Source: Octopus bimaculoides (Eukaryota). From it: a stretch of 64,000 nt of DNA. The notes below the pieces were generated by a model, which did no database searches, was not told the DNA's origin, and was given only the letters and a program-made list of their open reading frames with translations. The stretch lies in the NCBI RefSeq assembly GCF_001194135.2, contig NC_068994.1, positions 18,746,785-18,810,784 on the forward strand. The letters run 5' to 3'. A program made the translations under genes and the position numbers. Position 1 is the first letter of the stretch, and every line of letters starts with the position of its first letter. Below are positions 38,170-51,633 of the stretch, piece by piece.

Positions 38170-39110
38170 CATAAGCGACTTCCTCCCCTCTCGAGCCGTC
38201 TGTTTTATTATATACATACACACACATCGTATCGTCTCTTCCTCTCTTATCTCTATCTTTCATTCACTTTCTTGATTCTTTCATTTTTGCATTCATTCTG
38301 TTATCTCTCTTACTCTCACTCTATTTCTTTTTTCTTTCTCTCACTCTTTATGTTTTTGACAAACACTTTTTTCACTCTTTCTGCCTCTCTCTTTCGTATA
38401 CAAAGTTATGTTTGTGTGTATGCTTTGGTACGAAACTCTAGGTCTTTGAGTCACCTCTAAGCTTTATGACTACTAATTATATGTGTGTGCGTACGCACGC
38501 GCGTGCGTATTATTTTTTTCTCTCTATCTGTCTCTTCTGTCATCTTTTTTCTTCCTTTTACCTTGTTTACCCTTATTTTTTAACAAGTCTGCTTTTTTCT
38601 TTTCCCCATCCTCTCTCTTTCTTTCTCTCTATTTTTTTCTCACGAAGTCTAGTCTGACATCTGAGCCTCTTTTCTTCTCGCTATTTACGTCTTATTCTTA
38701 TCAAATCTTATCCGATTTCCAATCATACAAACACTGTCCCCTCTTTTCTCATACTTTCTTTCTCTCACTTTCCTCATAATCTTTGTTCTCTTTCATCCAC
38801 TCTTTCGTTTATTTCCCTCTCACATTTCTCATCACATTATTCATCACCGAGGCTTTCCCTTCTTCTGTCTATCAAACTTATTCTCTTATTCTTCTCCTTT
38901 CCGATAACACCTTCCAAATTCGTTCATCTATCATAACTCTTTGTCTCTGCGAGAGTTTTCATTCTATAATTACTGCCGTCTAGACATTTATCTCTCTCAA
39001 TTCATTTATCAATCTTATAAATATTTTTATAGCTTTTACAAAGATTCTCTCAAGTTGTTTCTATTTCTCATTCTTTTATAAATCAGCCAGGTCAACCTCT
39101 TCAAATACTC
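38170..39110. repeat. Long CT-rich low-complexity tract (GA-rich on minus)
   Basis: Direct reading. Confidence 0.8.
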
Positions 39111-39785
39111 TTTTGTATGGTTTTGTTTTCTAAGTACTTTTTTTTCTTTCATGATGATACGCGACGGACGGACGTACACAAGTGCACGCACAAGACCTCA
39201 AATTTCAGGATTACTTCGACCCCGAAAGCAAAGTTGATGCTGGCGGGATTTTTATATGCTTCGCACACACAAATTTTTCATTAAACTCACTCACACGTAG
39301 GTGCATGTGTGTGTGTGGGTGAGCGCGTTTAAATTTCCAAACGGGTACAAGGCACTCAGTACATGTTTATTAAGAAGCACAGACTTTTTTCCATCGCTAC
39401 TGAGTTCCTCATATCTAATATGTAAACATAAATACACACACATATATTAGTGTATATATGTGTGTGTGTGTGTATACACGTCCATGTAATGTCATTTGTA
39501 AAAACGTCTTCTAGAGGTGGAGATAATTTTAATAAATCAAGCATCTATGTTGTATGGTATTTGATATACCTGTAACTATATGTTCGTATAACGTGCCACT
39601 GGCCATTCTGAGTTATTTCTCTTTAGTAATTTTGTTTAATACATACATACAAGTATACATACATGCGTACATACATACATACACGTACGTTCGTGTGTGT
39701 ATGTGTGGAGATAGTTTTGGTTATATATATACATTCATATAAAGCAGAACACAACGTAAATGAACAGTAACAAATTTTTATTATG

Positions 39786-40631
39786 ATAAGAAACTTGCTT
39801 CCCAACCACATGGTTCCGGGTTCAGCTTGGGCAAGTATCTTTACTATAGCTTCTAGCCGACCAATGCCTTGTGAGTGGATTTCGTAGACGGAAACTGAAA
39901 GAAGCCCGTCGTTTATATATATATATATATATATATATAGGTACTACTAAAGCAGCGCGGACCCGAACGCGCAGCCGCGCAGTCGCGCGTCCGCGCTAGC
40001 TAGTCTTGAGTGGTCGATCCTAACCCTAACCCTATCTCTAACCCTAACCCTAACCCTATCCCTAACCCGCGTGTGCAAATGAATACGTGTTTAGGGTTAG
40101 GGTTAGGATCTNNNNNNNNNNNNNNNNNNNNNNNNNNNNNNNNNNNNNNNNNNNNNNNNNNNNNNNNNNNNNNNNNNNNNNNNNNNNNNNNNNNNNNNNN
40201 NNNNNNNNNNNNNNNNNNNNNNNNNNNNNNNNNNNNNNNNNNNNNNNNNNNNNNNNNNNNNNNNNNNNNNNNNNNNNNNNNNNNNNNNNNNNNNNNNNNN
40301 NNNNNNNNNNNNNNNNNNNNNNNNNNNNNNNNNNNNNNNNNNNNNNNNNNNNNNNNNNNNNNNNNNNNNNNNNNNNNNNNNNNNNNNNNNNNNNNNNNNN
40401 NNNNNNNNNNNNNNNNNNNNNNNNNNNNNNNNNNNNNNNNNNNNNNNNNNNNNNNNNNNNNNNNNNNNNNNNNNNNNNNNNNNNNNNNNNNNNNNNNNNN
40501 NNNNNNNNNNNNNNNNNNNNNNNNNNNNNNNNNNNNNNNNNNNNNNNNNNNNNNNNNNNNNNNNNNNNNNNNNNNNNNNNNNNNNNNNNNNNNNNNNNNC
40601 CGCAGTCAAATGACTGAAACAAGTAAAAGAG
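39786..40631 (+). mobile_element. SINE A split by an insertion and a gap (5' half 39786-39913, tail 40600-40631)
   Basis: Head and core before (TA)n; CGCAGTCAAATGACTGAAACAAGTAAAAGAG after the gap. Confidence 0.85.
39940..40111. mobile_element. Unclassified CpG-rich element with inverted telomeric (CCCTAA)n/(TTAGGG)n repeats, truncated by a gap
   Basis: Starts after (TA)n; 9-bp IR at 39954-39962 / 39989-39997 and 19-bp IR at 40016-40034 / 40092-40110. Confidence 0.6.
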
Positions 40632-42864
40632 TATATATATATATATATATTATTTTATTTAAAAGAATTCCAACTCTGTCTGTTTTTTATGTTTTATTTA
40701 TATTGTAAAATTAATGTGGGATATAGAATATGGAATATATAATATATAATATAAAAATGGATGGTACAATGAAATGAAGTATTGAATGTCTTATTGAATA
40801 TATGGAATATGTCTTATTGAATATATGAAATAATGAGTGTTCAATATAAAGGATTAAATATATAAAGGATTAAATATATAAAGGCGAATACGTATTTTCT
40901 ATACCTTGTGGTATTTCATCATGGCCGGTATGACAGACTGACTTTCACTAGCTCACTTTCTCTTCTACAATGACAAGAACACAAACAGAAATTATACATG
41001 GAAAATCTATGATATTTATCTTTACTTAGCATGCTTTACAAATTTATCATACTAGCACGTCATGGTTTTGGCTATATACAAAGTAATGGTAAATAAATGC
41101 TTGTTTACAACTTGATCACTGTTCTTTCATCTTGCACATCTGCAACAACAATACCCATTACAATTGGTAACCGCCGACTCCAACATATATCATTACATTC
41201 ACTGTTACAACTGGTCACCCTATCTAGAAAGAACTACTTCCTTCTGATGTTACTTGCTGCTGCATTTTGCTGACTCTGTCTAAAAAGAACAACTGCCTTT
41301 CTGAAACTGCATGTCCCATTACGTCGTCACATACATTTGGTGACCCGAGCTAAAGAAATACAACCTTTTCAACAGCCTTTGCTTTGCTTCAACAGTCATC
41401 ATACCAAACGAAAAGAATGATAGCATTCGTCAGCACCAATATGCACCTTTATTGACTTAATGTGCAGCCTCAATCTAACTCTGTGCCATCCACTGACAAT
41501 CAAAATCTGCAGTTACAATTCAAGTTCCACAAATGCACTCCACTTTCATCAAGCATCTTGTTCCACTTGTTACAGAAAGCTTTATGCTGCAATGCACACT
41601 GTGATGCACTTCACTACAATGTAACACTGCTGACGCACAAAGAATTCACTGGCCATGGAAGCCTGTAAACATATCAATTACACAGTCACCTGCCCAGAAA
41701 CTAACTGGAAGAAAATATGGAAGCCTGCACATGCAACCTTTTCGGCACACACACTTTTCATCTCGTCCTGATGTACAGACATTGCATTATCTATGAACTT
41801 TTCTGCAGATTTAAGACTCTCATATAGACTTTCAACAACCTCTTTTTCTTTGCATGCACATCTTTTTTTTCACTTTCAGCGATACACTTTTAAGAAAGAA
41901 CACTATTTCCAGCCAAGTTTATCACATTTGTTTACTCATTTTTATACTGTTCGTTACTTTTGCTGCACCACACAACATTCATACATGTACCTGCATGCTA
42001 ACACTGGCAGGTTCATGCACCACACCGTACCTTTCTCACTCGTTTCTCATCCTCTCTATGCCCTTGTAGATACCACTCGCCTCTGTACGATTACATGTCT
42101 GTCACATATACAAAGAGAAAGTTGTTTGTCCTTTACAACATGCCACCATGTCTCACTTTTCCTCCTGCTCATTTCAAGGCATTTAATACCTCAATCAGTG
42201 GCATATTCAACACTGTACTTGTAATCACTGCACTAGCATACTGCCTCAGCCTTGCACCTAGATACACACACGTGTGTGCCTTTCCATGGTGCCTGGCCCT
42301 GCGCACGCATTTGCATACACACACACACACCTCTATTATACCTCAACTGCCTTGTTTTCAACACGTCTGTGCCAGCTCAGATCTTTTCTTGACAAGATGC
42401 ACATCGGATGTTCACATGCTCTGTGCTCATGTTTAGACATAACTTCCCTCTGACAGACCCCTGTTTGGTCACATAATAAATGGGGAAAATTACCTGTCTC
42501 GTGCATCACTCCAGCATACTGCACTGTCTTTCTTGCAAACCTCAGCAATTACCCATGTCAATAGTGCTGGACACATTTCGCTTCTGAAAAACCTTCAAGG
42601 CATTCCACAATGCAATCCTGCTAGAAAATCTACGGTATCATGAATTGAGAATACACTTACTCGCTCACCTGAGTTTATTTTACAATAAATTTTGATAAGT
42701 GCCCCTGCACTTGTGTATACACCCTCACATGCACAAATGCACTAACTCATTCCAAGTGCCCAGTCACTGACTGCACATTTTTGCATGCAATTGCTATTCG
42801 GACTTACCTGAATAGAAAATTGTCCCGTATACACTTCATTGATCTTCTCTCCTGATATACTCTT

Positions 42865-43250
42865 TTACTCTTTTACTTGTTTCAGTCATTTGACTGCAGC
42901 CATGCTGGAGCACCGCCTTTAGTTGAGCAAATCGCCCCCAGGACTTATTCTTTGTAAACCTAGTACTTATTTTATCGGTCTCTTTTGCCGAACCACTAGT
43001 TTACGGGGACCTAAACAAACCAGCATCGGTTGTCAAGCGATGTTGGGGGGACAAACACAATCATACATATATATATATATATATATACAAATATACAACA
43101 GGCTTCTTTCAGTTTCTGTCTACCAAATCCACTCACAAGACTTTGGTCAGCCCGAGGCTATAGTAGAAGACACTTGCCCAAGGTGCCATGCAGTAGGACT
43201 GAACCCGGAACCATGTGGTTCGTAAGCAAGCTACTTACCACACAGGCACT
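42865..43250 (-). mobile_element. SINE family A, near full length
   Basis: Reverse complement of family A with high identity. Confidence 0.92.
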
Positions 43251-43704
43251 ATTACGCCTATGAAATTTTTCCTCAGCCATGTATTTCTTTCTCTTCCTGT
43301 ATCATTCATTTCTTTTTCTTAGAAACTCTCTGGGGTAGGAGAGTAATGTAGTGACTTCATTTAGGCATAGAGTAGATTCGAACCTCAATTGGCAAATTTC
43401 CCATAATATTTCAACAGCATTTTTCCCACAGAAAAAACAATAGTGACAGCAGTTACATTTAACATGTGGCCTTGCTAAGCCAATTTATGTCTTTGCCACT
43501 TGACCCTCTTCTAGGCTATGAAAAGTTAGAATTGAGATAACAGGTCGACCCCCAACAAAATCTATTGTTCTTTGATATATATCTATTTTTCTAACTAGTT
43601 TTGTATAGTTTTAAATACAAGAACTCCGTAAGCCAGTGCTCCAGCATGGCTGCAGTGAAATGACTGAAACAGGTAAAAGATAAAAGATATATAAATAGAT
43701 ATAT

Positions 43705-44440
43705 CATCATCATTTAATGTACATTTTCCATGCAGGCATGATTTGGACAGTTTCTTGAGGAGCCAGTGAGCCAGAAGACTACATCAAGCTCCATTGTCTG
43801 CTTTGGCATGGTTTCTATGGCTGGATACCTTTCCTAATGTCAACCACTTTACAGGGGGTACTGGATGTTATTTACACAGTACTGGCACCAGTGAAATCCC
43901 CAAGTAAATTACAGAAGACCTCTCAGCTGAGGGACCATAGCATCGAGTGAGTTGTCTTCATGCTAAGTGATGGGAAGTTAAAGTATGATAGAGAGACAGG
44001 TACAGATGTCTTGATGTTGGAGAAAAACATGGTTACCCCTGTTGGAAAACTTGTCAGTTATAAGAAAGTAATGAGAAATGATACAAAGGATTGTGTAGGA
44101 TGACTTGTACTCTGCAGCAGAAGTGTTAAGACTGGTCCCTCTGGTGGTGTAAAGCACTTGTAGTGGTGCCACATAAAAGCACCCATGTGGCATCATATAA
44201 AAGTGCCCATGCAGCACCATGCAAAAGCAGCTGTTCAATGCTGTGTAAAAGTGCCAGTGCAGCATCACATAAAAGCACCCAGCACACTCTGCAAAGTGGT
44301 TGGTGTTAGAAAGGGCATCCAGCCATAGAAACTATTCCAAATCAGGCTGGGGTCTGGTGCGGTTCCCCAGCTTACCAGCTCTGATCAAACCGTCCAGCAT
44401 GGACAACGGACATTAAAGGATGATAATGATAATGATGAGT
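43705..44440. mobile_element. Two family B copies in opposite orientation (43705-43885 minus; 44110-44440 plus with tandem GTGCCACATAAAAGCACC units)
   Basis: Direct match to other B copies. Confidence 0.8.
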
Positions 44441-44989
44441 GTGTATTTGAAACAATCAAAAAATAAATAAGCATCACATTTACAGAATAATTTGAATGCT
44501 AAAGGGTTGGACCGTAATCCTTTTGATGAGTAAATCCAGAGTTTGTTTCGATGGATTTCTTGTAGAATACAGAGTATATAATCAAAATATCAAAATGAAG
44601 AATGTGGTATAATACCTCTTCAAAATTTATTTATTAAAGCATTTTCATCACATTAAATTCTGATACATGTTTCTGCTGGATTAGTGTTTTGGTGTCCTTT
44701 GATGTAATAGTTTTGTGCATTTAGTTGATTTACATTAAATCTGTTGCAGTACACTTTCCAATCTAAAAGTAAACAATTCTATACAGCCTTATTTGAGGTG
44801 CTTCCCATACAGGTGGGTGAACTGAAGATTCACACATTAGATATAGGTTCTTAAAGTATAACTCTGGACATATATTTCACTACTACCTCTACTATCTTTT
44901 CCCCTAATATTTTATGTATCCTTTTTTCAGGAATAGATTGATGTATTAGTGAACAGTCAATGGTGTTGGAGAGCATAAAGATTTAAGGT

Positions 44990-45630
44990 ATAGTTCAGAA
45001 AAAGTTAGCTGACATGGAAGACTGGAAGCCATCTGAATATTGGAAAAGAATTGCCTGTATAATGATTCATGCTGGGTAACAAAATGTTGACATCATGACT
45101 GCTGCTCAATGCTCTGTGGTCACAGTAAAAGCTTTAAGACACGACATAGACAGCTGCAATGGAGACCAAAAAGCCATGGTCAGCAACAAGGTACACAGCA
45201 AGCCTTCTGACTGCACCCACACACCAGAATTCATCCCCACATGTTAGGGCCTTAGGCTCAATTCAGACAGCTATGTGAAGCTGCTGGAGCCTGTGGTCAA
45301 ACTCTAACTGGAGAGGGTTGCTACTGGAAGGCCATATGTATGGTAACAGGATTCAGCTCCTTGCCATACCTTTGAAAAGAGTCAGAAGTGGTTGCTGGAG
45401 AATTTCTACAACTTCACCAGTCTGACCACCTAACTCCTCCAATTGTAATCCCATGGAATGCAGTTAAGAAAGACACCAACCAGTTTTCTATCAACACCGT
45501 GGTTTAGCTGGTGGTCAAGATCAAGGAAGTGTTTGAAGATCTTCCTTGGGATACTGTGAGGAATGCATGTGCCAGGTTCAAGAGTTGTCTTGAGTCAATG
45601 GTGGAAGCTGAGGTTAGTTATTTTGAGTAA
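44990..45630 (+). pseudogene. Tc1/mariner DD37D (maT-type) transposase remnant, internally deleted
   Basis: LRLNSDSYVKLLE..RVATGRPYVW*QDSAPCHT (45341-45367)...NACARFKSCLESMVEAE, collinear with the 62664-63293 protein. Confidence 0.8.
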
Positions 45631-45699
45631 ATTGTTATCCCTCAGCCATAATCTAGTTGATATTTTTTGATTAAAAAAAAAAAACATTTATTTTTGAAT

Positions 45700-46170
45700 G
45701 GGATATTGTGTTTTCTTGCTATTCGCAAGTCATTTCAACTTTGCTATATGGCTGCAAAACCTGGACTCTATATCATCCAAAACTTAGAACACTTTCACTC
45801 ACGAAAGCTTTGTTCAGTCTTGATTATTAAATGGGAACACTATGTGACCAACAACAAAGTCCTGGAAAGAGCCAACAGTCAAACTATCGAATTGCTGATC
45901 ATGAAATACTGTTTTTGATGGTCAGGACATGTAGCAAGAATGGAAGAGTGAAGGTTCCCAAGCCAAGTCTTTTTTCAGTGAACTCACTTCTGGGAAAAGA
46001 CCACAGGATTACCCTCTTCGAAGATATAAGGACCAACTCAAAACAACACTGAAAGTGATGAGAATTGAGCCTAAATTATTTGAAACACAAGCCTGGTACA
46101 GTCTCAGTATAGACTGGTACAGGCATGTCTGCAATGAGTAAGTGATTGTGCTCAAAATTGAGTTTATGTC
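45700..46170 (+). pseudogene. RTE LINE ORF2 C-terminal remnant
   Basis: STLLYGCKTW, LEHFHSRKL..IKWEHYVTNNKVLERA, WSGHVARME, ELTSGKR...RRYKDQLK. Confidence 0.85.
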
Positions 46171-46559
46171 CACCATGTATGTATACATACAAGCGCGTGC
46201 GCGCACGCACACACACACACACACACACACACATGCACACACATGATATGTATTTACATATACATATATACAATTAATGCTCAACATGCATTATGAGTTA
46301 ATTTCTTCCTTCTCCTGTATGCCACTTGGTGAAAATCTAATTCTCATATTGATGAATAGACTAGAGTGAAGAATTCAAGTCTTTTTATATAGTAATAAAA
46401 ATACAGAAAACATAATAGGTATTTTTGAATTTTGATATATGTGAGTTTCTGTAAGCCAGTGGTTCATGCCACCAGAAGAGAAAAGGAAGGAGAAGAAGGC
46501 TTGGCTAAATGAGCCTCATCAAAATACCATGCAGTCAATGCTATCAACTCTCCTATGCA

Positions 46560-46830
46560 AAAATTGGTCCACAGATTCATCAAGGGCATCACCATAAAGG
46601 AAGCATTCAGTAAAGAAGAAACTAAATTCTTAGATACGTGATAAAGCTGATGTCACCAACTTGTTTTATCCCCGACTTGCATTCCAGACCAAGACACAAA
46701 TATCTCAAAAGTCTCTTCATCTCTTTCTCACCACCATACTTAATCTTCAAACTATAACTGTTTATTTATCTATCAAAATCATCTGACCACTGTCTCATCA
46801 CAACTACCCAATACACAATCACACAGACTA
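46560..46830 (+). pseudogene. Degenerate AP-endonuclease C-terminus, CR1-like LINE
   Basis: SLHLFLTT (LDLFLT-like) followed by SSDHCLI in an adjacent frame. Confidence 0.55.
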
Positions 46831-47206
46831 CACAACGCCTTCACACCAGACCCTACTCCAAACAAGTTAGCCAACTGGTTGGAGCTTAACCAGTTTTATG
46901 TTACTTATCCCTGACAGCACATATGTTTTACAGCTAGGTGGGTGACTATAGGCATCCCTTTTAGGAATGTCACTCCACATTCCACAACACAGCAAAAACT
47001 CCAAGTGATTCATTCATAGTTGTACACACACACACACACACACATAATATTACATGTAATTATGTATTTGAAAAATTGTGTGTGCATGTGTATGTATATA
47101 TGTATGACACATACATACATACATACATATATACATTCACATATACATTTCTGTACACTTGCACACAAACATAGATATATTTTATGTACCCCTCATGCAT
47201 CTACAA

Positions 47207-47275
<69 letters not shown>

Positions 47276-47609
47276 CATATAACATATACATATATACATA
47301 AACACACTCACATGTTTATATGACGGTAAAACATTGGTGGAGACATGATCATTACATACTCATTGATATCAAGAACAACAAAATATCTCCATCATAATTT
47401 TTCTTCACAGGCACAACTTTTAAACTATAAAGTACCACATGAGCTTTTAAAGATTGGTTATATGTCATGCCCTTTATATTGCACCACACAAATATACATA
47501 CATATATACATACATACATGCATGCTACATACACACATGCATACATACATACATACATACATGCATGCATGCTACATACTTACAAACATATATATATATA
47601 TATATATAT

Positions 47610-48225
47610 ATCATCATCATCATCATCATCGTTTAATGTCTGCTTTCCATGCTAGCATGGGTTGGACGATTTGACTGAGGACTGGTGAAACCAGATGGCT
47701 ACACCAGGCTCCAATCTGATTTGGCAGAGTTTCTACAGCTGGATGCCCTTCCTAACGCCAACCACTCAGAGAGTGTAGTGGGTGCTTTTACGTGTCACCC
47801 GCACGAAGCCCAGTCAGGCAGTACTGGCAATGGTCACGCTCAAAATGGTGTATTTTATGTGCCACCCTCTCAAGAGCCAGTCCTGGGGCACTGGCAACGA
47901 TCTCGCTTGAAAATCCTTACACATGTCACGGGCACAAGTTTTAGAAAGGTGACGCTGGGCACAGGTGCTATCCCGATTTCGCTTTCGCTTGCCCCAATAA
48001 GTCTTCGCAAGCTGAGTTTCGTGTCCAATGAAGGAGACGACGTTGGCATGAGTGCCAGTCGTTGAATTCAGTTCGATATCAATTTCACTTGCCTCAACAA
48101 GTCTTCGCAAGCGGAGTTTAGAGTCCAATGTAGGAAAGGTACGCATAAGTGGGCTGGCTACATACCTGGCAGAGGCCTTGGATTTAGGTCTCACTTGGCT
48201 TGCCGGGTCTTCTCACATCAAGCTG
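47610..48225 (-). mobile_element. Family B with complete 3'UTR and the last ORF2 codons (EKTRQAK*)
   Basis: Minus strand begins GAGAAGACCCGGCAAGCCAAGTGA, continues through ~600 bp with internal duplications, and ends in (GAT)n. Confidence 0.85.
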
Positions 48226-48339
48226 TGAAAAAGTAAACCCTTCAAGTCAGTGCCCCAGCATGACTGCAGTCCAATAACTGAAGCAAGTAAAAAGTATGTA
48301 CATGTGTGTGTGTGTGACAGCTGCATCAAAAAGTTCTGA

Positions 48340-49400
48340 TCTCTAATTGTGGAGGGAACATGTGGAAGGGGCAGAAACAGTGATGGAATGAAGTGGTGAG
48401 AAAAGATCTTCAGATGTTGGGTCTCACAGAGGAAATGACAAGGGACTGAGACTTCTGGAGGTTTGCTGTGCTTGAGAAGTCATGTCAAGCTAAGTAGAAT
48501 CATGGCTGTCCATGCATACAGGCATGGTCCTCTACATCCTCTCTTAGCTAAAAGATCTTAGTCTTGCAGTGTGCCGAAGCCATGTAAAAGTATCTGTGTT
48601 GGTGCCATTTAAAAATGCCTGTATGGGTGCCACATAAAGGCACCTGTGCTGGTTCCACGTAAAGGTGACCATGCCTGTGCTATGTAAAAGTACCCAGTGC
48701 TCTCTGTAAAATGGCTGGCATTAGGAAGGACTTCCATACATACAAATCATGCCAAAACAGACAATTGCAACCTGGGCAGCTTGCGAAATTTTTTTCCCAC
48801 GAAAGTTTTGGACCCCAGTAATGAACGTATTTTCTTACAGCCAATCAGAGCTCACCTTGACCCTGTTGTCAAGTTAACAAACACACTCTACCAAGTAAGC
48901 TCAAGATGAAGAACGGTGTTGTAAATCGACCGATCGCCAAATTATGCCTGATTTTAGAAGGAGACAAGTAATTAGATAGATTTGCATTTATACCTATTAT
49001 TGGATTTTGTTAGGGCCTTATATGGTAAAGACGTGGATGGGAAAAATGTGGGTAGAGGGTGATGTGCTAGCAACCCTCACCCCTTACAATTTTACAAAGT
49101 AAACAACAACACAAATAACTATGCAGAGGTAGCCATAATTGAAACAAGAACAAGAACAACAAACATTCTTAAAAGTGAAAACAAGCCTGGTCATTCCTTA
49201 CCCAAGTGACCTTATCTTAGCGCTCATCACTCGTTATGCGCTCATAAGATAGTTTGATAGTAGAGCTCTGATAGGCTGTATGCAAATGAGTTCATAACTG
49301 GGATCCGGAACTCTCGTGGGAAAAAAATTTTGCCGGCAGCTAGTGAGCTGGTCAACTTCTGTCAAACTGTCCAACCCATGCCAATATCATGGAGAATGGA
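48340..49400 (+). mobile_element. Older RTE 3' end (family B) interrupted by a MITE
   Basis: DLQMLGLTEEMTRD*DFWRFAVLEKSCQAK*, then tandem UTR units; resumes at 49335. Confidence 0.8.
48781..49334. mobile_element. Unclassified MITE with 68-bp imperfect TIRs
   Basis: 48786-48853 versus the reverse complement of 49263-49330: 58/68 identical; GGCAGC flanks both sides (48775-48780 and 49335-49340). Confidence 0.8.
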
Positions 49401-49421
49401 TGCTATATATATATACATATG

Positions 49422-49462
<41 letters not shown>

Positions 49463-49687
49463 CTGTAGAGAATGTCAAAATCTGAAGTTCACACATCCAT
49501 ATGAATGCAAGATTCATAGATACGTATGCACAATTAAATGTGTAATTAAATCAAATTCTCTCTCTCCTTCCCCTTCTCTTTCACACAGACACACACACAC
49601 ACACACAAATACACACACACACACACATACACACTTACACACACATGCATGTCAGAATGTTCTTAAAATGAAGCACATTATATGTGT

Positions 49688-49754
<67 letters not shown>

Positions 49755-49962
49755 TGTGTGTTAGTATCAGTTCTTTGGTGTCTTGTTTCATTTATACACA
49801 TCAGATGCAGCTTTTCTATTTTATGCTGTATACTTACGTCAGCAATTGAGGCTAGACTGGGGTATCCTGGTGCCCTGTCCTATTTGCCGCTACATTCCAA
49901 GAACATGTTACTGTATTGAATGAATATAAATATATATATATATATCAAACAACTAAAAAGGT

Positions 49963-50009
<47 letters not shown>

Positions 50010-50919
50010 GTATATATATATATATACAAATATATATATATATACTGTTGAGAAAGAAGGTTGTTTCATTAAGTATTCTGCAGATTAAAAGTTTCTTCTT
50101 GAACTGCTGTTATATTCGTTGTTCACAATTGAAACTTCATTCTCATTTTCTCTTCTTTAAATAGTGCATGTGTGTGTGCATGTGTGTGNNNNNNNNNNNN
50201 NNNNNNNNNNNNNNNNNNNNNNNNNNNNNNNNNNNNNNNNNNNNNNNNNNNNNNNNNNNNNNNNNNNNNNNNNNNNNNNNNNNNNNNNNNNNNNNNNNNN
50301 NNNNNNNNNNNNNNNNNNNNNNNNNNNNNNNNNNNNNNNNNNNNNNNNNNNNNNNNNNNNNNNNNNNNNNNNNNNNNNNNNNNNNNNNNNNNNNNNNNNN
50401 NNNNNNNNNNNNNNNNNNNNNNNNNNNNNNNNNNNNNNNNNNNNNTATAAAACAAAAGAGGTGGGGTGTTTCCATGCAGGAAAAAATATAGGGAAATTTG
50501 TTGTTGAAAATGTACCTAAATTTCAAAAACTTGTAAATCTTTAAAATACATTTATTTACATATATACCAAACTAGTTTCAACAATATCTTTTTTTTTTTA
50601 TCAATGGTAAAAGTTTAAAATTATGAATTAGAAAAACATTTCTAAAAGTTTCAATGTTGACAATTTAAAATGTTTCAATGTTGACAAATTAACATGTTCA
50701 AAACAGATTAATTTAGCATTATGAATTAGGAGGACAGGTGCAGGTTTGAATGTTCATAGCAGTCAATAATATTAAAACTGTATATCAATTTGTTTGAATG
50801 TACAAAGTTCATTAATGTTATTGGTGATCGACAAGTCATACTGAGTTAAGTGGGAAAAAAAAACAAGAGATGTGATTTGGTTTCCAGTTACCCCTACAAT
50901 TTACTCCCACCCCGAAAAT

Positions 50920-51480
50920 TTAGAATAAATACATGTAGAGAAGGGTGCGAAATCATTAATAATCTCAAGGAGGATGACAACTTAATTATAAAAGAAGCCG
51001 ACAAAGGGAGTACTGTAGTAATTATGGACTCAGAAAAATACATAGACACTACCTTAACCCTCCTTCAAGACAATACCTACTATGCATCAAATCCCAAAAC
51101 CCAAGAAAAGCAACTCCAAGAACTTAAAAACACATTACTGGATAGAAAATACCCGACCAGTCTAGTCAAAAATGGAATAGAACATGCAAAAATGATAGAC
51201 AACAAAATGACCCTCTATGAGAACCAACCAACTGGAACGACTGATGACTGTCTCCATAGGAAAACCAACCAAGCAGAATGACAAACTTGACCACCAAAAA
51301 CCGTTACCAGTATTTTGATGAAACAAAAATCAGATCCACTCGTGGAAAAAATATTAAATACATCTGATCCCAAAACATACCACTACAAGAAAAAGCGTCT
51401 ACAGAAAGAGAATCAGACAAACTGTAAACCAAGTTCCCTGTTTTACTATATATATATATCAACTTTAAATAGAGCTCAAA
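50920..51480 (+). pseudogene. Penelope-like element remnant with the RT core deleted
   Basis: LKEDDNLIIKEADKGSTVVIMD (PLE pre-RT motif) fused to LKNTLLDRKYPTSLVKNGI (thumb-like region). Confidence 0.7.
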
Positions 51481-51499
51481 ACTGATCCGTTGAAAATAC

Positions 51500-51600
51500 T
51501 TTATATATATATACATATATATGTATATATATACATATATATATATACATACATGTATACACATATATATATATACATACATATATAAACATATGTATAC

Positions 51601-51633
<33 letters not shown>

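Noticed and set aside
7465-50544. Long ORFs full of X, or of YI/CV/HT/LS repeats, in the ORF track
   Set aside because: Artefacts of N-gaps (7548-7626, 10985-11476, 20247-20841, 24872-25148, 25962-26150, 30583-30859, 40112-40599, 50189-50446) and microsatellites.
51236-51275. CTGATGA...GAAA within the Penelope-like remnant
   Set aside because: No stem I or III partners; weak stem II.
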